DNA from: the human T2T-CHM13v2.0 reference genome, Homo sapiens
Reading direction: 5' to 3' (one strand)
Length of the DNA stretch: 64,000 nucleotides
Assembly: GCF_009914755.1 (NCBI RefSeq)
Contig: NC_060929.1
The notes beneath the pieces are model-generated. The model was not told where the DNA came from. It searched no databases and saw only the letters and a list, made by a program, of their open reading frames with translations. This document shows positions 1 to 13,166 of this stretch, piece by piece (within the stretch, counting starts at the first letter, position 1; each line of letters starts with the position of its first letter). The position numbers were made by a program, and so were the translations under genes.

Positions 1-3000
1 AATAAGAGTGATGAAAACAGCTATCCTTTTTTTCTTCTTAATCTTACGGGAAAAACATTTAGTCTTTTAATATTAAGTGAAATTCTAGCTTTGGATTTCT
101 GTAAACTTTTAAGAAATGAAAAATTTTGTCAAATACTTCTATCAGGTAATTTTTCTTCTATAGCTTGTTAATATAGTATACCAATGGATAGATTTTTCAA
201 TATTAAACTAACCTTGCATTTAAGAAATAAACCCAGGTTGGTAATGGTATATTATTCTTTTTATGTATTGCTCAATTATATTTGCCTATATGTCACATGC
301 ACACAGACACACACACACACAACATTTTCTCATATTGTCTTTGCCTGTCATTGGTATCAAGGTAACACTAGCTTTATAATATGAATTGAAAAATATTCCC
401 TCTTATATTTTCTGGAAGAATTTATATAGAATTTAGTGTTAATTCTCTTTTAAATGTTTTGTAGAATTCTCTAGAGATATCATGTGGCTGTTGGAATTAA
501 TTTAATTTTTTGGAAGATTTTTATTTACAAATTTAATTTCCTTAATAGTTACAGGGCTCCTCAAACTACCATTTTATGCTGGCTGATATGTATCAGTTTG
601 TATATTTTGAGAAGTTCGTCCATTTATTCTAAGTTGTCAAATTTATTTTTGTAGAAATGTTTCTAATATACACATGTCATTTTTGATGTCTCAAGGTCTG
701 TAGTGATATTTTCTGTTTCATTCCTGATTTTAGTAAAATATATTCTTTCTTTCTCTCTCTCTTCTTTGTCACTCTTGCTAGAGGTTTGCCCATCATGGTT
801 TCTAAGAGTTAACTCTCTGTTTCAAACATATATTCTATCATTCTGTTTTTCTATTTACAGTTTCATTTATTTCTTCTCTTATCCTTATTATTTTCTTCCT
901 TCTGCTTTGGGTTTACTTGGCTCTTCTTTTTCTAGGTTACTGATATGGAAGCTTGGGTTACTGATTTATCATATTTCTTCATCTCAAATGTATGTATTTT
1001 GTGCTATAGATTTTCCTCTCAGCACTATTTTAGCCACATTTCACCATTCCGATACATAGCATTTTCCTTTTCATAGTTCAATATTGTTTATTTTTTCTTG
1101 AGACTTTCTCTTCTACCAATAGAAATTTTCTGGACCTGTTTGGTATAGTTGTCAAGTGTTTGTAGATGTTCCCGATATTTTTCTATTATTCATTTCCAGT
1201 TTGATTCCTTGGTCACAGAATGCAATATGTATTATCTCAATTTTTTAAAATTTGTTCAGATTATTTTTAAGACCCTAGACATGTTCTACATTGCCACATG
1301 TTCCATGTACACTAAAAAAATGTATATTCTGATTATTTTGGGTGAAATATTTTATAACTATTTATTACATTATGTTTGTAAATAGTTTTTATGGTATTTC
1401 TATAGGCTGATTTTCTATTATTTATATAAATTGCTGAGTAAAGGGTGTTAAAGCCCAACTATAATTGTGGATTTATGTACTCATTTTAGTTCAGTTCTCA
1501 CTCTCTCTCTTCCCTTTGGTTTTTATTTCACATATTTTGTTACTCTACTGTTTGGTATTGTATAGTGTCATATTTACGATTCCTATATCTTTGTGGAAGA
1601 TTGAAACATATATCATTATATAATGTCTATCTCTGGAAAGGTACTTTGTTCTGAAGCCTACTTTATCTGATATTAACATCTGATGTTAATATGCTTTCTT
1701 TTGATTCATCTTTTCCCCTTTAATTTCAACCTGACTATATCTTTATATTTGAGGTGAGTTTCTTATATACAGAAAGTCCTTGGATTATTTTTTTATTAGT
1801 GGACATGGAGGTGATTTTTTTTATCTACCCTGCCAATCTCTGTATTTTAACTAATGTATTTAGACCACTTACATTAATGTCATTGTTAACATATTAGAAC
1901 TTAAATATGCCATTTCACTTTTTGATATTTTTTTTCTATGTTTGTCTCTTCTCTTTCTTGCCTTTCTGTAGAATACTTGAACATTTTTTGGAATTCAATT
2001 TTGATTTATCTAATCTGCTACTATCCTGATTTTATAAATTCATATATAGTATATATACCATACCTCCCTTTCAGTCTCTTTAAACTCCTCCATTAGTAAT
2101 ATAATTTTCTTAAATATTTTCACTATGTACACTTATAATCAAATTAGATAATTTTTGCTTCAACCATAAAAGGTTTAGAAAATTCAAGAGACGTATTTTT
2201 TTTTTTGTATTTTTGCTACTGATTCTTTCTTTTTTCCTTATATTTCAACATAGCATCTATTGCCATTTGTATTTTGTTTAGGGAACTTCTTTTCGTCATT
2301 TTTTTAGGGTAAGTCTGCAGAAATGAAATTCTCTCTGTTTTTCCTCATTTGAGAATATCTTGATTTCCTTTTCATTCCTAAAGGATATTTTCACCAAGTT
2401 TAGGATTTGGGGTTGAGAATTCTTTCCTTTCAGCATTTAAAAATGTTGTGCTACTTGTGTCTGGCCTCCACGGTTCCTAATTAGAAATTCACTGTATCTG
2501 AATTTTTGTTCATCTATAGGTAAGGTATGACTTTTTCTCTCTCTCTCTCCCCTTGCTTTCAAGATTTTTCTTTGTATGTATTAATAGTAGTAGAAGTTTT
2601 ATGGTGTGTCTTCGTGTGAATTTCTTTGGGTTTATCCTGTTCAGAATTTGCTAAGATTCTTGGATTTGTAAAATTATGTTTTTTTGTCATATTTGGGAAG
2701 TTGCAGTCATCAAGTACTTTTTGATCCCTGCTGTGTTTATTCTCTCCTTCTGGAATGCCAATGACATAAATGTTAGATATTTAATTAAAGTCCATTGGGT
2801 TCCAGAGACTTTCTTAATTTTGTAATTGCATTATTTCCTTGTTGTTCAGATTGGGTAATTTTCATTGTTCTATCTTTCTGTTCACTGATTCCTTCCTCCT
2901 TCCCCTCCATTCTGCTCTGAACCCATGAACTGAGTCATTTGTTTTGGTTATTGTATTTCTTCAGCTCTGAAATCTCTATTGGTTTCTTACAAACCTATTT

Positions 3001-4590
3001 TGTTTTTTGCTGAGACTTTGATATGGTTAAGCTTTGTGTCCTCACCCAAATCTCATCCAGAATTATAATCTCCATAATCACTGCTTGTCAAGGGAGACAT
3101 CGGGTGGAGGTAACTGGATCATGGGGTGGTTTCCCCCATGCTGTTATGATGATAGTGAGTGAGTTGTCACGACATCTGATGGTTTTACAGTGTTTGGTAG
3201 TTTCTCCTTCATTCATTCTCTTTTCTGTCACCTTGTGAAGAAGGTGCCTTGCTTCCCCTTCGCCTTTGCCATGTTTGTAAGATTCCTGAGGCCTGCCCAG
3301 CCATAACTGTGAGTCAATTAATTCTCTTTTTTTAATAAATTACTCAATCTCAGGCAGTTCTTTACAGCAGTATGAAAAAGGACTAATACAGACTTTCTAT
3401 TTTTTTGATACTTTCTTTTTTTGTTTCAAGTATGTTCATAATTTCTTATTGAAACATTTTATTATGGCTGCTTTAAAATATTTTTTGGAAGGTTCTAACA
3501 TCCATGTCATCCTGATGTTGACATATATTGATTATTTTTCAGTATGCAATCTTCCTGGCTTTTGCTATAACAAGTTATTTTCTACTGAAGTCTGGATATA
3601 TTGGGTATTATTCTGAATTTTATTTAACCTTTTGTTTTTCCTGGCTTTCTCTGGCACTGCTTCAGCAGAGGAAGGGAGATATATTGCTTCATTATTGCCA
3701 GGCAGTGGTAGAAGTCCCAGTTCTTCACTTGCTCTTTATAGACACCTCAGGGGGTGGCTCCTTTTTATGGCTGGGTATTTGGAAATTCTGTCTTTCTACT
3801 GGGCCTCCACTGATGCCTCCTTGGCTGGGAGGGGTAAAAGTGCCTGGTTATTGCTTCCCATGTGGCCTCACTGAGACCACAGTGCAAGGGCAGTCTTTGT
3901 TAATGTTCAGTTGCTAGCGAATGTTCTGAGTCTCAACTAGGCCACCTCTGACAGCACCTCGGTGGGTCGAGGTGTCACCTCTTTACTGATGGGTGGAGAT
4001 AGAAGTTCAGGTTCCCCAGGTGATTATCAGCCACATCACAGCAGAGGAAGCTCGTTATGGTTTTCTTGAAAGGAAAGTCCCAGGTCCCTATTTGACCTTC
4101 TCTGACATTATCCCAGTGCTGGTGTGAGGGAGCCTCATGAGACTAGGCTCACCACTAGGCTTTTTTGTTTGGTGTGGATGGAAGTGGAAATACAGTTTTT
4201 CTGTGGTGTTTGGCTAGAATAGAGCAGTTATCTAAATGTTTTTGCCTTGCTAGCTCACACTCTTCCTGGTCCTTTGACAAAAGAGAGATTGCTTTCGTTC
4301 AAGCTTTTTTTGACTGTATCAATTGGTGTTTCTAGGTTGCCAGCTTCTTCAGCTCCATGTCTGAGATATGTGAGGTAAAAGAACAAAAAAAAAAAAAAAA
4401 AAGAGAAAGAAACAAAGAAAACCTAGGGAATTCACCACCATCTCATGCCTTGAGTACCAAGGTCTTTAGTTGGTCTGCCTATTTATTTTCATTTCAGTCT
4501 TTTTATGTTTGTTTTAGATATAATGTTCAGGATTTTGGGTTGAATAGGGAAAAGTACATTTACTCCATATTCCAAGAAGCAGAAGTGGAT
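1..4590 (-). mobile_element. Old L1 (L1M4/L1MC-type), degraded ORF2/ORF1 and 5' region, interrupted by a THE1 LTR
   Basis: T-rich antisense L1-like sequence throughout. Ends at ...GAATAGGGAAAAGTACATTTACTCCATATTCCAAGAAGCAGAAGT, resembling the reverse complement of an old L1M 5' terminus. Confidence 0.7.
3019..3390 (+). mobile_element. THE1D-like solo LTR (ERVL-MaLR)
   Basis: TGATATGGTT...GGACTAATACA termini; perfect 5-bp TSD GACTT at 3014-3018 and 3391-3395. Confidence 0.9.
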
Positions 4591-4984
4591 TAGCATAAGC
4601 TATTTTGTATGGAACTCTAACTGTTCTGAGTTCCTTTCTTTGCTTTATTGCAAACATTTTCTCTTACCTTCTGCGGGTGTTTGAAGATAAAGCCCTCCTT
4701 TAAAAAAAGAATTGCTCACAGTCACTAGTAATTTGGGGTATGTGTTTAATGCTCTAATGAAAAGTAAGAGAATAATAAGATGATTTGGAGTGGAGGGTAA
4801 ATAGAGAGTAAAACCAAGAGGATTCTACGGAAAAGGAATAAATTACTAAAGATTATCAGGTGAGTTTGATGTCTAAGAAACAGAAGAAGATAAGAAAGTA
4901 CTGATAACTCCCCCCCTTGCTACCCCCCACCACAAAAACAAACAAACAAAAAACAACCAGTGAGATTTGCCATAGAAGGAGCAA

Positions 4985-5360
4985 TGCTACCAGCAGAAAC
5001 TTGCATTGACTTCCCAATTTATGGGAAGATTATACATCCCCATCTCATTGAGCCCAGGAGTGACCGCATGACGTGGTTTCATTAATGAAATGTTGGAAGA
5101 AATAAAATGTGTATACTCTGATCAGAAGTACAGAAGCCATCTCATGGTTCACATGTCTGGTTTTTGCTGTCTGTAGGAAATGTTCCAGCTAAAGACTACT
5201 TTGTCAGCCTGGATTATGGAACAAAGACAACACAGAACAAAGCCAGGTCAGATCCACAATGCAAATAAATTTTAAGTGAAAAATGAACATTTGTTATTTT
5301 ACTCCACTGAAAGTTTGGGGACATTTTTCAGTTTAGCATAACTCAACTTATCTTTTTTGT
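4985..5360 (+). mobile_element. Old MLT1 (I/J-like) LTR
   Basis: MLT1-type motifs (CATGACGTGGTTTC..AATGAAATG; CCACTGAAAGTTTGGGG..TAGCATAAC). Confidence 0.55.
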
Positions 5361-5479
5361 ATTAATTTCTGATTAACGTAGGGCTGTGCACCTGTTCACT
5401 TACATGTCAAGTCTGAGTATCTCAGAAACACTATTATTGCGATTTTTCTCTTGCTCCCTCTCAATTTCCCTTTCTTTAC

Positions 5480-6905
5480 TGTCTCAGTCCCATCAGCATG
5501 AAAACATACTAAAATCATAACTATGCACCTAAAAGGAATTCTTCCTGTATACCAGCTATTGTACTGTATCCCTGTTCCTCTTTACAACAAAGCCCCTCCA
5601 AAAAGCTATTTATAATTTCAGTGTTCGTTTCTTCTTCTTACATTATCTCTTATTCTTATCAGAGTATTTTTCATATCATTTCTCAAAATACCAAAGTCAA
5701 CAGTCAATGATCAATCCTTACCTTACTTGGTTTATCAATAACAATTGTCATTTCATAGCTCCTTCCTTCTTAAAGCACTTCACTTGGTCTTTGATTATCT
5801 TCCTACTCCTTCACTCTTTTATCCTCTATTCCCTCCTCTTCTAATCATTGAAATGCTCAAGGTCAGACTTTGGACCCATTCTAGTTTTACCCTTTTAAAG
5901 CAATGTATGTATTAGTATATTATAAGTACTGCCAACTCTACATTTCCACATCCAGGTTAGACACTATCCACAAAATCCAGACTCATATATTCTACTGCCA
6001 AATCAGCATCTCCATTTGACTGTCTTATAGACATCTCAACCTAATCAGGTCATAAATAGAACTCTTGACTAGTTCCCTCAAACTAGTGTTTCCTACAATC
6101 TTTCTTATCTTATAGATGGCACCTCCATTCCTTCAGTTGCCCAAGCCAAAATTCCAGAGTCATTCTTGACTTTTAATTTACTCTCATCTCATGACAATAT
6201 GTCAACAAACATAAGCCTTCAAAAGCCAGAGTCTCATTACCCTCTGACAACCTTCATTTCTACCACCCTGATTCAAGCTATCATCATCTCTTACCTATTC
6301 TGCCTGTGTCAATGCTTGCACCCTTATTGACTATTCTCTTCACTGCAGTACAGATTGTTTTAAATATACAATCATAATACAAAATCAGATTATAAGACTT
6401 CTTTCCTTATTTCATAGAATAATATCCAAAGTCTTTACTATGACACATTATTCCTTGCATGATCTGGCCTCCTGTTTGCTTTTTGATTTCACATTTATTC
6501 CACTCCATCCAGTCTGACCTCCTGTCTAGACATGATCCTACCTTGCATTGTATTGGTCATTTCTTCTTCCTGGGATGCTACTGCATAAGATACAAGCAAG
6601 GCTTGCATTGTTTCTCCCGTGTGCTCTGCACACAAATATCAAATCTTTCAGGAGGCCTCCCCTGATTACCTTGTATAAAATAGCCCTGACTCATTATTCT
6701 TTATGCTTTATTTTTCTTTAAATTACTTATTAACATCTCACCTAATGGATATATATTTGGTGAGTGATTATTCTCCCTACAATAGAATGTGAATTCCTTG
6801 AAGATGAAGACCTTTTATGTTTTGTTTTGTTTTATTGCTATATCCCTGATACCTAACACAAACAGTTGAAGTATTCAAAATATATTTGTTGATTAAATGA
6901 ATTAA
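5480..6905 (+). mobile_element. L2 LINE 3' portion
   Basis: L2 motifs (CCAGACTCATATATTCTACTGCC, CAAGCCAAAATTCCAGAGTCATTCTTGAC) and a 3' end ATATTTGTTGATTAAATGAATTAAT. Confidence 0.75.
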
Positions 6906-7150
6906 TTTATGTCTTTTATCAAATTCTCTTTTTCTCTTTAACAATTGACACCATGATGCTAGAAGCTGTTGTTTGTATTATGTTTCTATATTATTTCCAT
7001 AACTTCTCAGTGACTTCTCTAGTTAAACTATATTAAATATTCCCATTTGATCTAATGCTTTTTGCCTTGAATTCAATTTTTTCTTATATAACTATAATCA
7101 TTGCTGTCTCTATGTGTTTTTATTTCTATAATAATTTCCACATTCTTATA

Positions 7151-7380
7151 CAGGTTGAGGATCCCAAGTCAGAAATTCAAAGAAGTCCAAAACCTGAAAT
7201 TATTTTGAGCACCGACATCATGCTTAAAGGAAATGCTCATTATAGCATTTTGAATTTTAGATTTTGGGATTTTTGAATATTCAACCTGTAAGTATAATAC
7301 AAACATTCCAAAATCAAAAAGAATTCAAAATTCAAAATACTTCTGATCCCAAACATTTAGGATAAGGGATGCTCAATCTG
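7151..7380. mobile_element. Tigger4a/MER46A non-autonomous Tc1/mariner element
   Basis: Terminal inverted repeats CAGGTTGAGGATCCC / GGGATGCTCAATCTG, TA on both sides, internal AAAGGAAATGCTCATT. Confidence 0.85.
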
Positions 7381-7424
7381 TATTTTAAATTGTTACATGT
7401 TTCTTGTAAATATCTTCTAAATTG

Positions 7425-7540
7425 ATTTTTTTATTTGTTTGTTTTTATTTGTATGCATTTAAGGGGTACAAGTGAAGTTTTGTTACATGGATATATTGCA
7501 TAATGATAAAGTCTGGATTTTAGTGTAACCATCACCCACT
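7425..7540 (-). mobile_element. Short L1PB/L1MA 3' end fragment
   Basis: T-tail then TTAAGGGGTACAAGTGAAGTTTTGTTACATGGATATATTGCAT...TGTAACCATCACCC. Confidence 0.7.
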
Positions 7541-7740
7541 AAATGAATTGTGTGATGACTTTAGAGAAACTTTTCATGGGAAAGTATACTTTAAACATTA
7601 GAATCATTATTATTTGGAGTCAGTTATTCATCTCATTTTGTGTGTGTATCATATTTCCAAGTGGTATACATTTTTCTTTTTCGAAATTTGCCAAGCTGGA
7701 TATATTTTATGTTACTTCCTTTTCTCTCTTTTGTTTGGAG

Positions 7741-8765
7741 ACATATATACACATACATATATATATGAATATATATATATATGAATATATACATACATAT
7801 ATATGAATATATACATATACATATATATGAATATATACATATACATATACATATATGAATATATACATATATATGAATATATATACATATATATGAATAT
7901 ATATACATATATATGAATATATACATATATATGAATATATATACATATACATATATAATATATATAATATATATGAATATATGATATATATGAATATATA
8001 TATTATATATATAATATATATGAATATATATATTATATATAATATATATGAATATACATATTATATATAATATATATGAATATACATATATATTATATAT
8101 ATATGTATATACATATATATAATATATAATATATATGAATATATATACATATATATGTATACATAATATATATGAATATATATACATATATATGTATACA
8201 TATATGAATATATATACATATACCTATATAAAATATATATACATATATATGAATATATATACATATACATATATAATACATATACATATATATGAATATA
8301 TAATATATATGAATATATATACATATATAATATATATACATATATATGAATATATATAATATATATGAATATATATACATATATAATATATATACATATA
8401 TATGAATATATATACATATATAATATATATACATATATATGAATATATATACATATATAATATATATAATACATGAATATATATACATATATAATATATA
8501 ATATATATTATATATGAATATATATAATATATAATATATAATATATATTATATATGAATATATATACATATATAATATATATGAATATATATATGAATAT
8601 ATACTATATATGAATATATACATATATATGAATATATACATATATATGAATATATATAATATATATGAATATATATACATATATGAATATATATAATATA
8701 TATGAATATATATACATATATGAATATATATACCTATATACATGTATATGTGTATATATATACAC
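7741..8765. repeat. Complex (TA)n-rich tandem repeat, ~1 kb
   Basis: Units such as ATATATGAATATATACAT and ATATAAT; almost entirely A/T. Confidence 0.97.
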
Positions 8766-8799
8766 AAATGTAATAATTATGTAACATATTTATCTACAT

Positions 8800-9330
8800 T
8801 GTATTATTGACAATAATTAGTATCTACACTGTATCCCTTGAATGAGTTAAGATGTTACCATATATTTTATCTTTCCTTTTTCATTTCCTAGATTTTGTTG
8901 AAATAATTTGTAATTTTTGTTCCAGATTGTCAAATCTGCATTATCAACATTTATTTAGAATTAACTATGACTTTACATGATTACGCTCAACACAATATTT
9001 CATATACTAAACTTTACTCTTTTTTTCAAATTTACTTATTTTTTGATGAAGTATATTAAGCAAAAACCAGATTTAGGTTTGGGCATAAATGTTTTAATTC
9101 CTGATTAAGTCTAAAATTTGGTTTATTCTGTCCTCATTTGTGAAGCTTAACTGAAATTGGGTTTTAACTATAATGTTCTTCTCCTTCAGCACATGTAGAC
9201 ATCACTTTATTGATTTGTTTCATCCTGTGATGCAGATTAGAAACAATATATGTCTGATTATCAATCTATTACAGAACAAATCTTTGTTCATCGTGGATAT
9301 ATATGAATGAGCTTTTAGTTTGATTCCTAT
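8800..9330 (-). mobile_element. Highly degraded old L1ME/HAL1-like fragment
   Basis: T-rich, weak similarity to antisense old ORF1 region (TTCTCCTTCAGCAC..GACATCACTTTATTG..GATGCAGATTAGAAAC). Confidence 0.35.
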
Positions 9331-10042
9331 TAGAAGCTAAAGTGTATTTCCTACATCTAAGCAAAATGTCTTGTCTGCTTTGCAGTGAATAAAGAACTAA
9401 AGTTCCAAGAGTCACCTGGGGGAGTGTTGAGGGAAGGGAAACAAAGCTCCTGGAGTTTTCTTTTAGAGAAGAGAAGAAGCATGCCTTTCCAGTGTTGGAA
9501 GCTCCTTACCTGTCCTTAAATTTATGTGGGGCAGAGCCTGATACTTTCTCTGTCTCAAAGCTCACTAAGACAGTGTCCTCCTATAGATCTCCAACTTTAT
9601 CTGGAGAAATGGGCTCAGTCGTTAACCTGTGGGTAAACACTAAGCCAGCCTCCCAGAAGCTGGAGCATGAAGGCGTTGATCAATCATCCTATGCAACAGC
9701 TCACAGCCCACTTGCTCTCCCAGACCTTGATGCCTTTAATCATCATGTTATTCTAGGGTTTTTCTGGGAAAGGTCACTTTGGGGAAAGTATTTCTTTCTT
9801 CTGTATAGGCCACTGGTTCTTTCTAGAAATTCCTTAATTAGGGGGAGGGTGGTTTCCTCTAATTACCCTTTTAGTTAAAACTCATATTGTTATTTTAGTG
9901 GTTATAAATTAATGTTTTAAGTATGTTATATCCTAAAATAATAGTTTGTATTTACATGTGGGTGTTTCCCTGTGTTTTATCTGTATTTTAAGAAATTGGT
10001 TGGGAGGATTATCATAATTTGTATCATTTAAAATGAGAAATA

Positions 10043-10695
10043 GGCCAGGTGTGGTGGCATGTATCTGTAGTCTCAACTACTCTGGAGGGTGATGGAGGAG
10101 GACAGCTTAAGCCCAGGAGTTCTGGGCTGCAGAACACTATACTGCTTGGTGGCTGCACTAAGGCACTGAGTTCGGCATTAATATGATAACCTCTCTGGAG
10201 CAGGAGACCCCCACATTGCCTAAGGAGAGGTGAACTGGCCCAGGTCAGAAACAGAGCAGGTCAAAACTCCCATGCTTTGTTCTCACTTATAAATGGGAGC
10301 TGAACAATGAGAACACATGGACGCAGGGAGGGGAACAACACACACTGGGCCTGCCGCGGAAGGGCAGGGGTCAGTGGGGGAGAACATTAGGAAAAACAGC
10401 TAATGCATGCTAGGCTTAATACCTACATGATGGGTTGATAGGAGCAGCAAATCACCATGGCACACATTTACCTATGTAACAAATCTGCACATCCTGCACA
10501 TGTATCCCAGAACTTAAAAAAATACAGTACAATACAATAACGAACAAATAAAACATACAACACATAAAATTTAAAACATCTTGCAACTTAAAAAAAAACT
10601 CCCATGTTGATTAGTAGTAGGATCACACCTGTGAATAGCCACTGCACTCCATCCTGGGCAATATAGTAAGACTCTATCTCTAAATAAAATAAAAT
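10043..10695 (+). pseudogene. RN7SL: 7SL (SRP RNA) processed pseudogene, in two pieces (10043-10276, 10595-10681) plus A-rich tail
   Basis: Contains the 7SL-specific S domain absent from Alus (GGAGTTCTGGGCTG..GTTCGGCATTAATATG..TTGCCTAAGGAGAGGTGAACTGGCCCAGGTCAGAAACAGAGCAGGTCAAAACTCCC). Resumes GATTAGTAGTAGGATCACACCTGTGAATAGCCACTGCACTCCA. Confidence 0.95.
10277..10594 (+). mobile_element. L1PA8-10-like 3' end inserted into the 7SL copy
   Basis: L1 3'UTR (TGTTCTCACTTATAAATGGGAGCTGAACAATGAGAACAC...CCAGAACTTAAA); TSD AAAACTCCCATGCT / AAAACTCCCATGTT. Confidence 0.92.
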
Positions 10696-11967
10696 AAGAA
10701 ACTGGCTTCTAGTTAGATTTTTGTGGAGAATGTTTTGTCTTTACAGATGGAGTACTGATTTAAGCAGAACCTGTGTTAATATTTTTGATTTTTAAATTTT
10801 TTTCCTGCCATTTAAATGTGATTTATAAAATGGAGAGAGATAACCTTTAGTTCCCGGTTAGATATATTAAGTTAGAAACGTGTAAACTCTAATAAAACTA
10901 TGTGTTCTTCAGTCTCTTATTCTCAGCCTCTTTACACCATTGATAGCATAACAAAGGCTAGAGCTTGTGTTATATGTAATATGCAATCATTCAGAACCCT
11001 ACCACATGGGACTTGGCAAGAATCCACATTGTATAACAAAAATGACCTTAATTGTATGCATAAAATAGGGCAATCTAAAATCTTCACATTCCTATCTATA
11101 TATTCCTTTTCTTGTGGGGCTGTAACTGAATCTATGCAAAGATCACTAGCAAATGCATTCTGAAATACATAGCTGGCAACAAAAGGAATGATAGAAAATG
11201 TATTAAATAAGCATTAAGTATTTTGATTTGAAAAAAGAATATTAAATCCTAAGAGGAGAATAGAGGACAGATATTCAGGAATTTTTCTACACCTCACTTT
11301 ACTAAAATTTGTACTGATTCATGTTAAGCATCTGGCTGAGGCCCCAGGTCAGTACAATTTTAACTTATGAATAGTCTTCAATCAAAAAAGTAATAGAAAG
11401 TTTCTTATAGCTCTCAATAGTAAGAATAAGTGTTACATAAATGCATTATTCTTAAGCCTATGACAGTCCATGGAAGTCATTTATAGCTCTCATTCTCAAC
11501 CATTATGTGTGTTAAAAATGAATATGTCACAGCTTAAAGGATATTAAATGTCCAGTGTTCAAGAGTTTCAATTTATTTTCTATTAATCTAAATATCTTTC
11601 AGTTTAGGAAACCAAAGTATGTTTGCTTGTTTGTTTGTTTGCATATTTGTTTAATTTATAACTATAAACCTTCCCTACTTTTAGAAAGGATTTGAATCAG
11701 CTTACTCAACAAAAAAAGCACCATACATACAATAAAGCCCTTTAGAATGGAAATAGAAATAATAAACTAAAAAAAGGAAACATGGACGAAGCAAAAAATC
11801 CAGCAAATGGGGTTTCTATACATAGTTGATTTTAATTTATATTAGGTTTAAGCTGTTTTATTTTTGAGACAAGACAAAAGAAAGAATGAGAGAATAATGT
11901 GAATTATTATTTCAGTTAATATTTTTGCATCAAGGAAAAAGTGAAAAGCAGTGGCAAAGAGAAAAAT

Positions 11968-12195
11968 AAAAAACATTTATTAAGTGCCTACTTTGTGGTA
12001 GAAATTGTGTTAAGACACACAAACATATATATTGCCAAAAAGACCTCATGTCATCTTGAAAATTCTTTGAGCTATAAATATTATTCTCATTTTACAGTTA
12101 AGAAAACTGAGCTTCCAAAAGGTGAATAGTTTTTCAAAGTTCCCATTACAGGAAGGTGATATGCCAAGGATTGAATCTTGGTCTTGTTACACCAA
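11968..12195 (-). mobile_element. MIR SINE
   Basis: ACATTTATTAAGTGCCTACT; core CATTTTACAGTTAAGAAAACTGAG. Confidence 0.75.
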
Positions 12196-12697
12196 AACAG
12201 CTTTCAAAGACCATAAGGAAGAGCTTTAAAAATGAATATAATTTCAGGATATCCACATGAACGCATATACATGCATCCAATATATACACACACAGCATAT
12301 AGAATATCAAAGAGCATCTCTCCATATTCAAAAACTGGGAAAGAAATGATACATCACTTTGGTCTGTAGGTAATCTCTCGTCTTGGCTATTAAAGGACAA
12401 GTTAGGGAAAGTTAGGATGTGGTAGAGCAAGGATCTTCTTTCCTTTCCTTACAGGAAGATATTTCTGACTCAGCAAATAATATCAAGTTGAATCATCATC
12501 TCAAGACTACAAAGTGGATTTTACACAAATGTATCACAATCCATTTTCTGTAAGTTATTATGGCCATGCTGAGGTGTTTCTCAGATCACAGCTGGGGATG
12601 AAGGAGAGGCCCAGAGAGTTGAATTTCTTCTGGTTTCTCCCTCATCCTCTTTGAAAATAGCAGTTCTATTTACAAGTATTTTATATATTGGCACTAG

Positions 12698-13166
12698 CAT
12701 TAGCTAGCTATTGCTGTGTAACAAATTATTCCTAAGCTTAACCACTTAACATTTATTTATTTTCTTACACAGTTTTGAGAGTCAGCAATCTGGGAGCAGC
12801 TGAGATGTGTTGTTATGATTCAGGGTCACGCATGAGGTTACAATTAAGATGTTGGCCAGTGCTGCACCATCTGGCCCCAGGATGACTAATTAACATGGCT
12901 GTTAGCTAGAGGCCTCAGTTCCTTTCCACATGGGCTTCTTCATATGGCTGGTGCTCATGACATGGCAGTTAGCCTCTTTCAGAGTGAGTGACTCAAGAGA
13001 GGGAGCAGTGTCCTTCTTGACCTAGTTGCTCCCTGCCATTTCTGCCATATTCTATCTATTAGAGATGAGTCACTAAGTCTAGCCCACACTCAAAGCAAGA
13101 AGAATTAGACTCCACCTGCTGGAGGAAGGAGCATTGAAAAATTTGTAGACGTATCTTAAAATCACA
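12698..13166 (-). mobile_element. MLT1F/H-like LTR
   Basis: CTATTGCTGTGTAACAAATTA..., GAGGCCTCAGTTCC..CCACATGGGC, GAGTCACTAAGTCTAGCCCACACTCAA. Confidence 0.75.

Noticed and set aside
4377-4422. A-rich tract as a solo poly(A) insertion
   Set aside because: Cannot be distinguished from slippage expansion of an A-run in the host L1.
7633-8767. Long Y/I/M-rich ORFs up to 224 aa
   Set aside because: Translation artefacts of the (TA)n tract.
9492-9878. 128-aa ORF
   Set aside because: Non-ATG start, no recognisable domain and no clear splice context.
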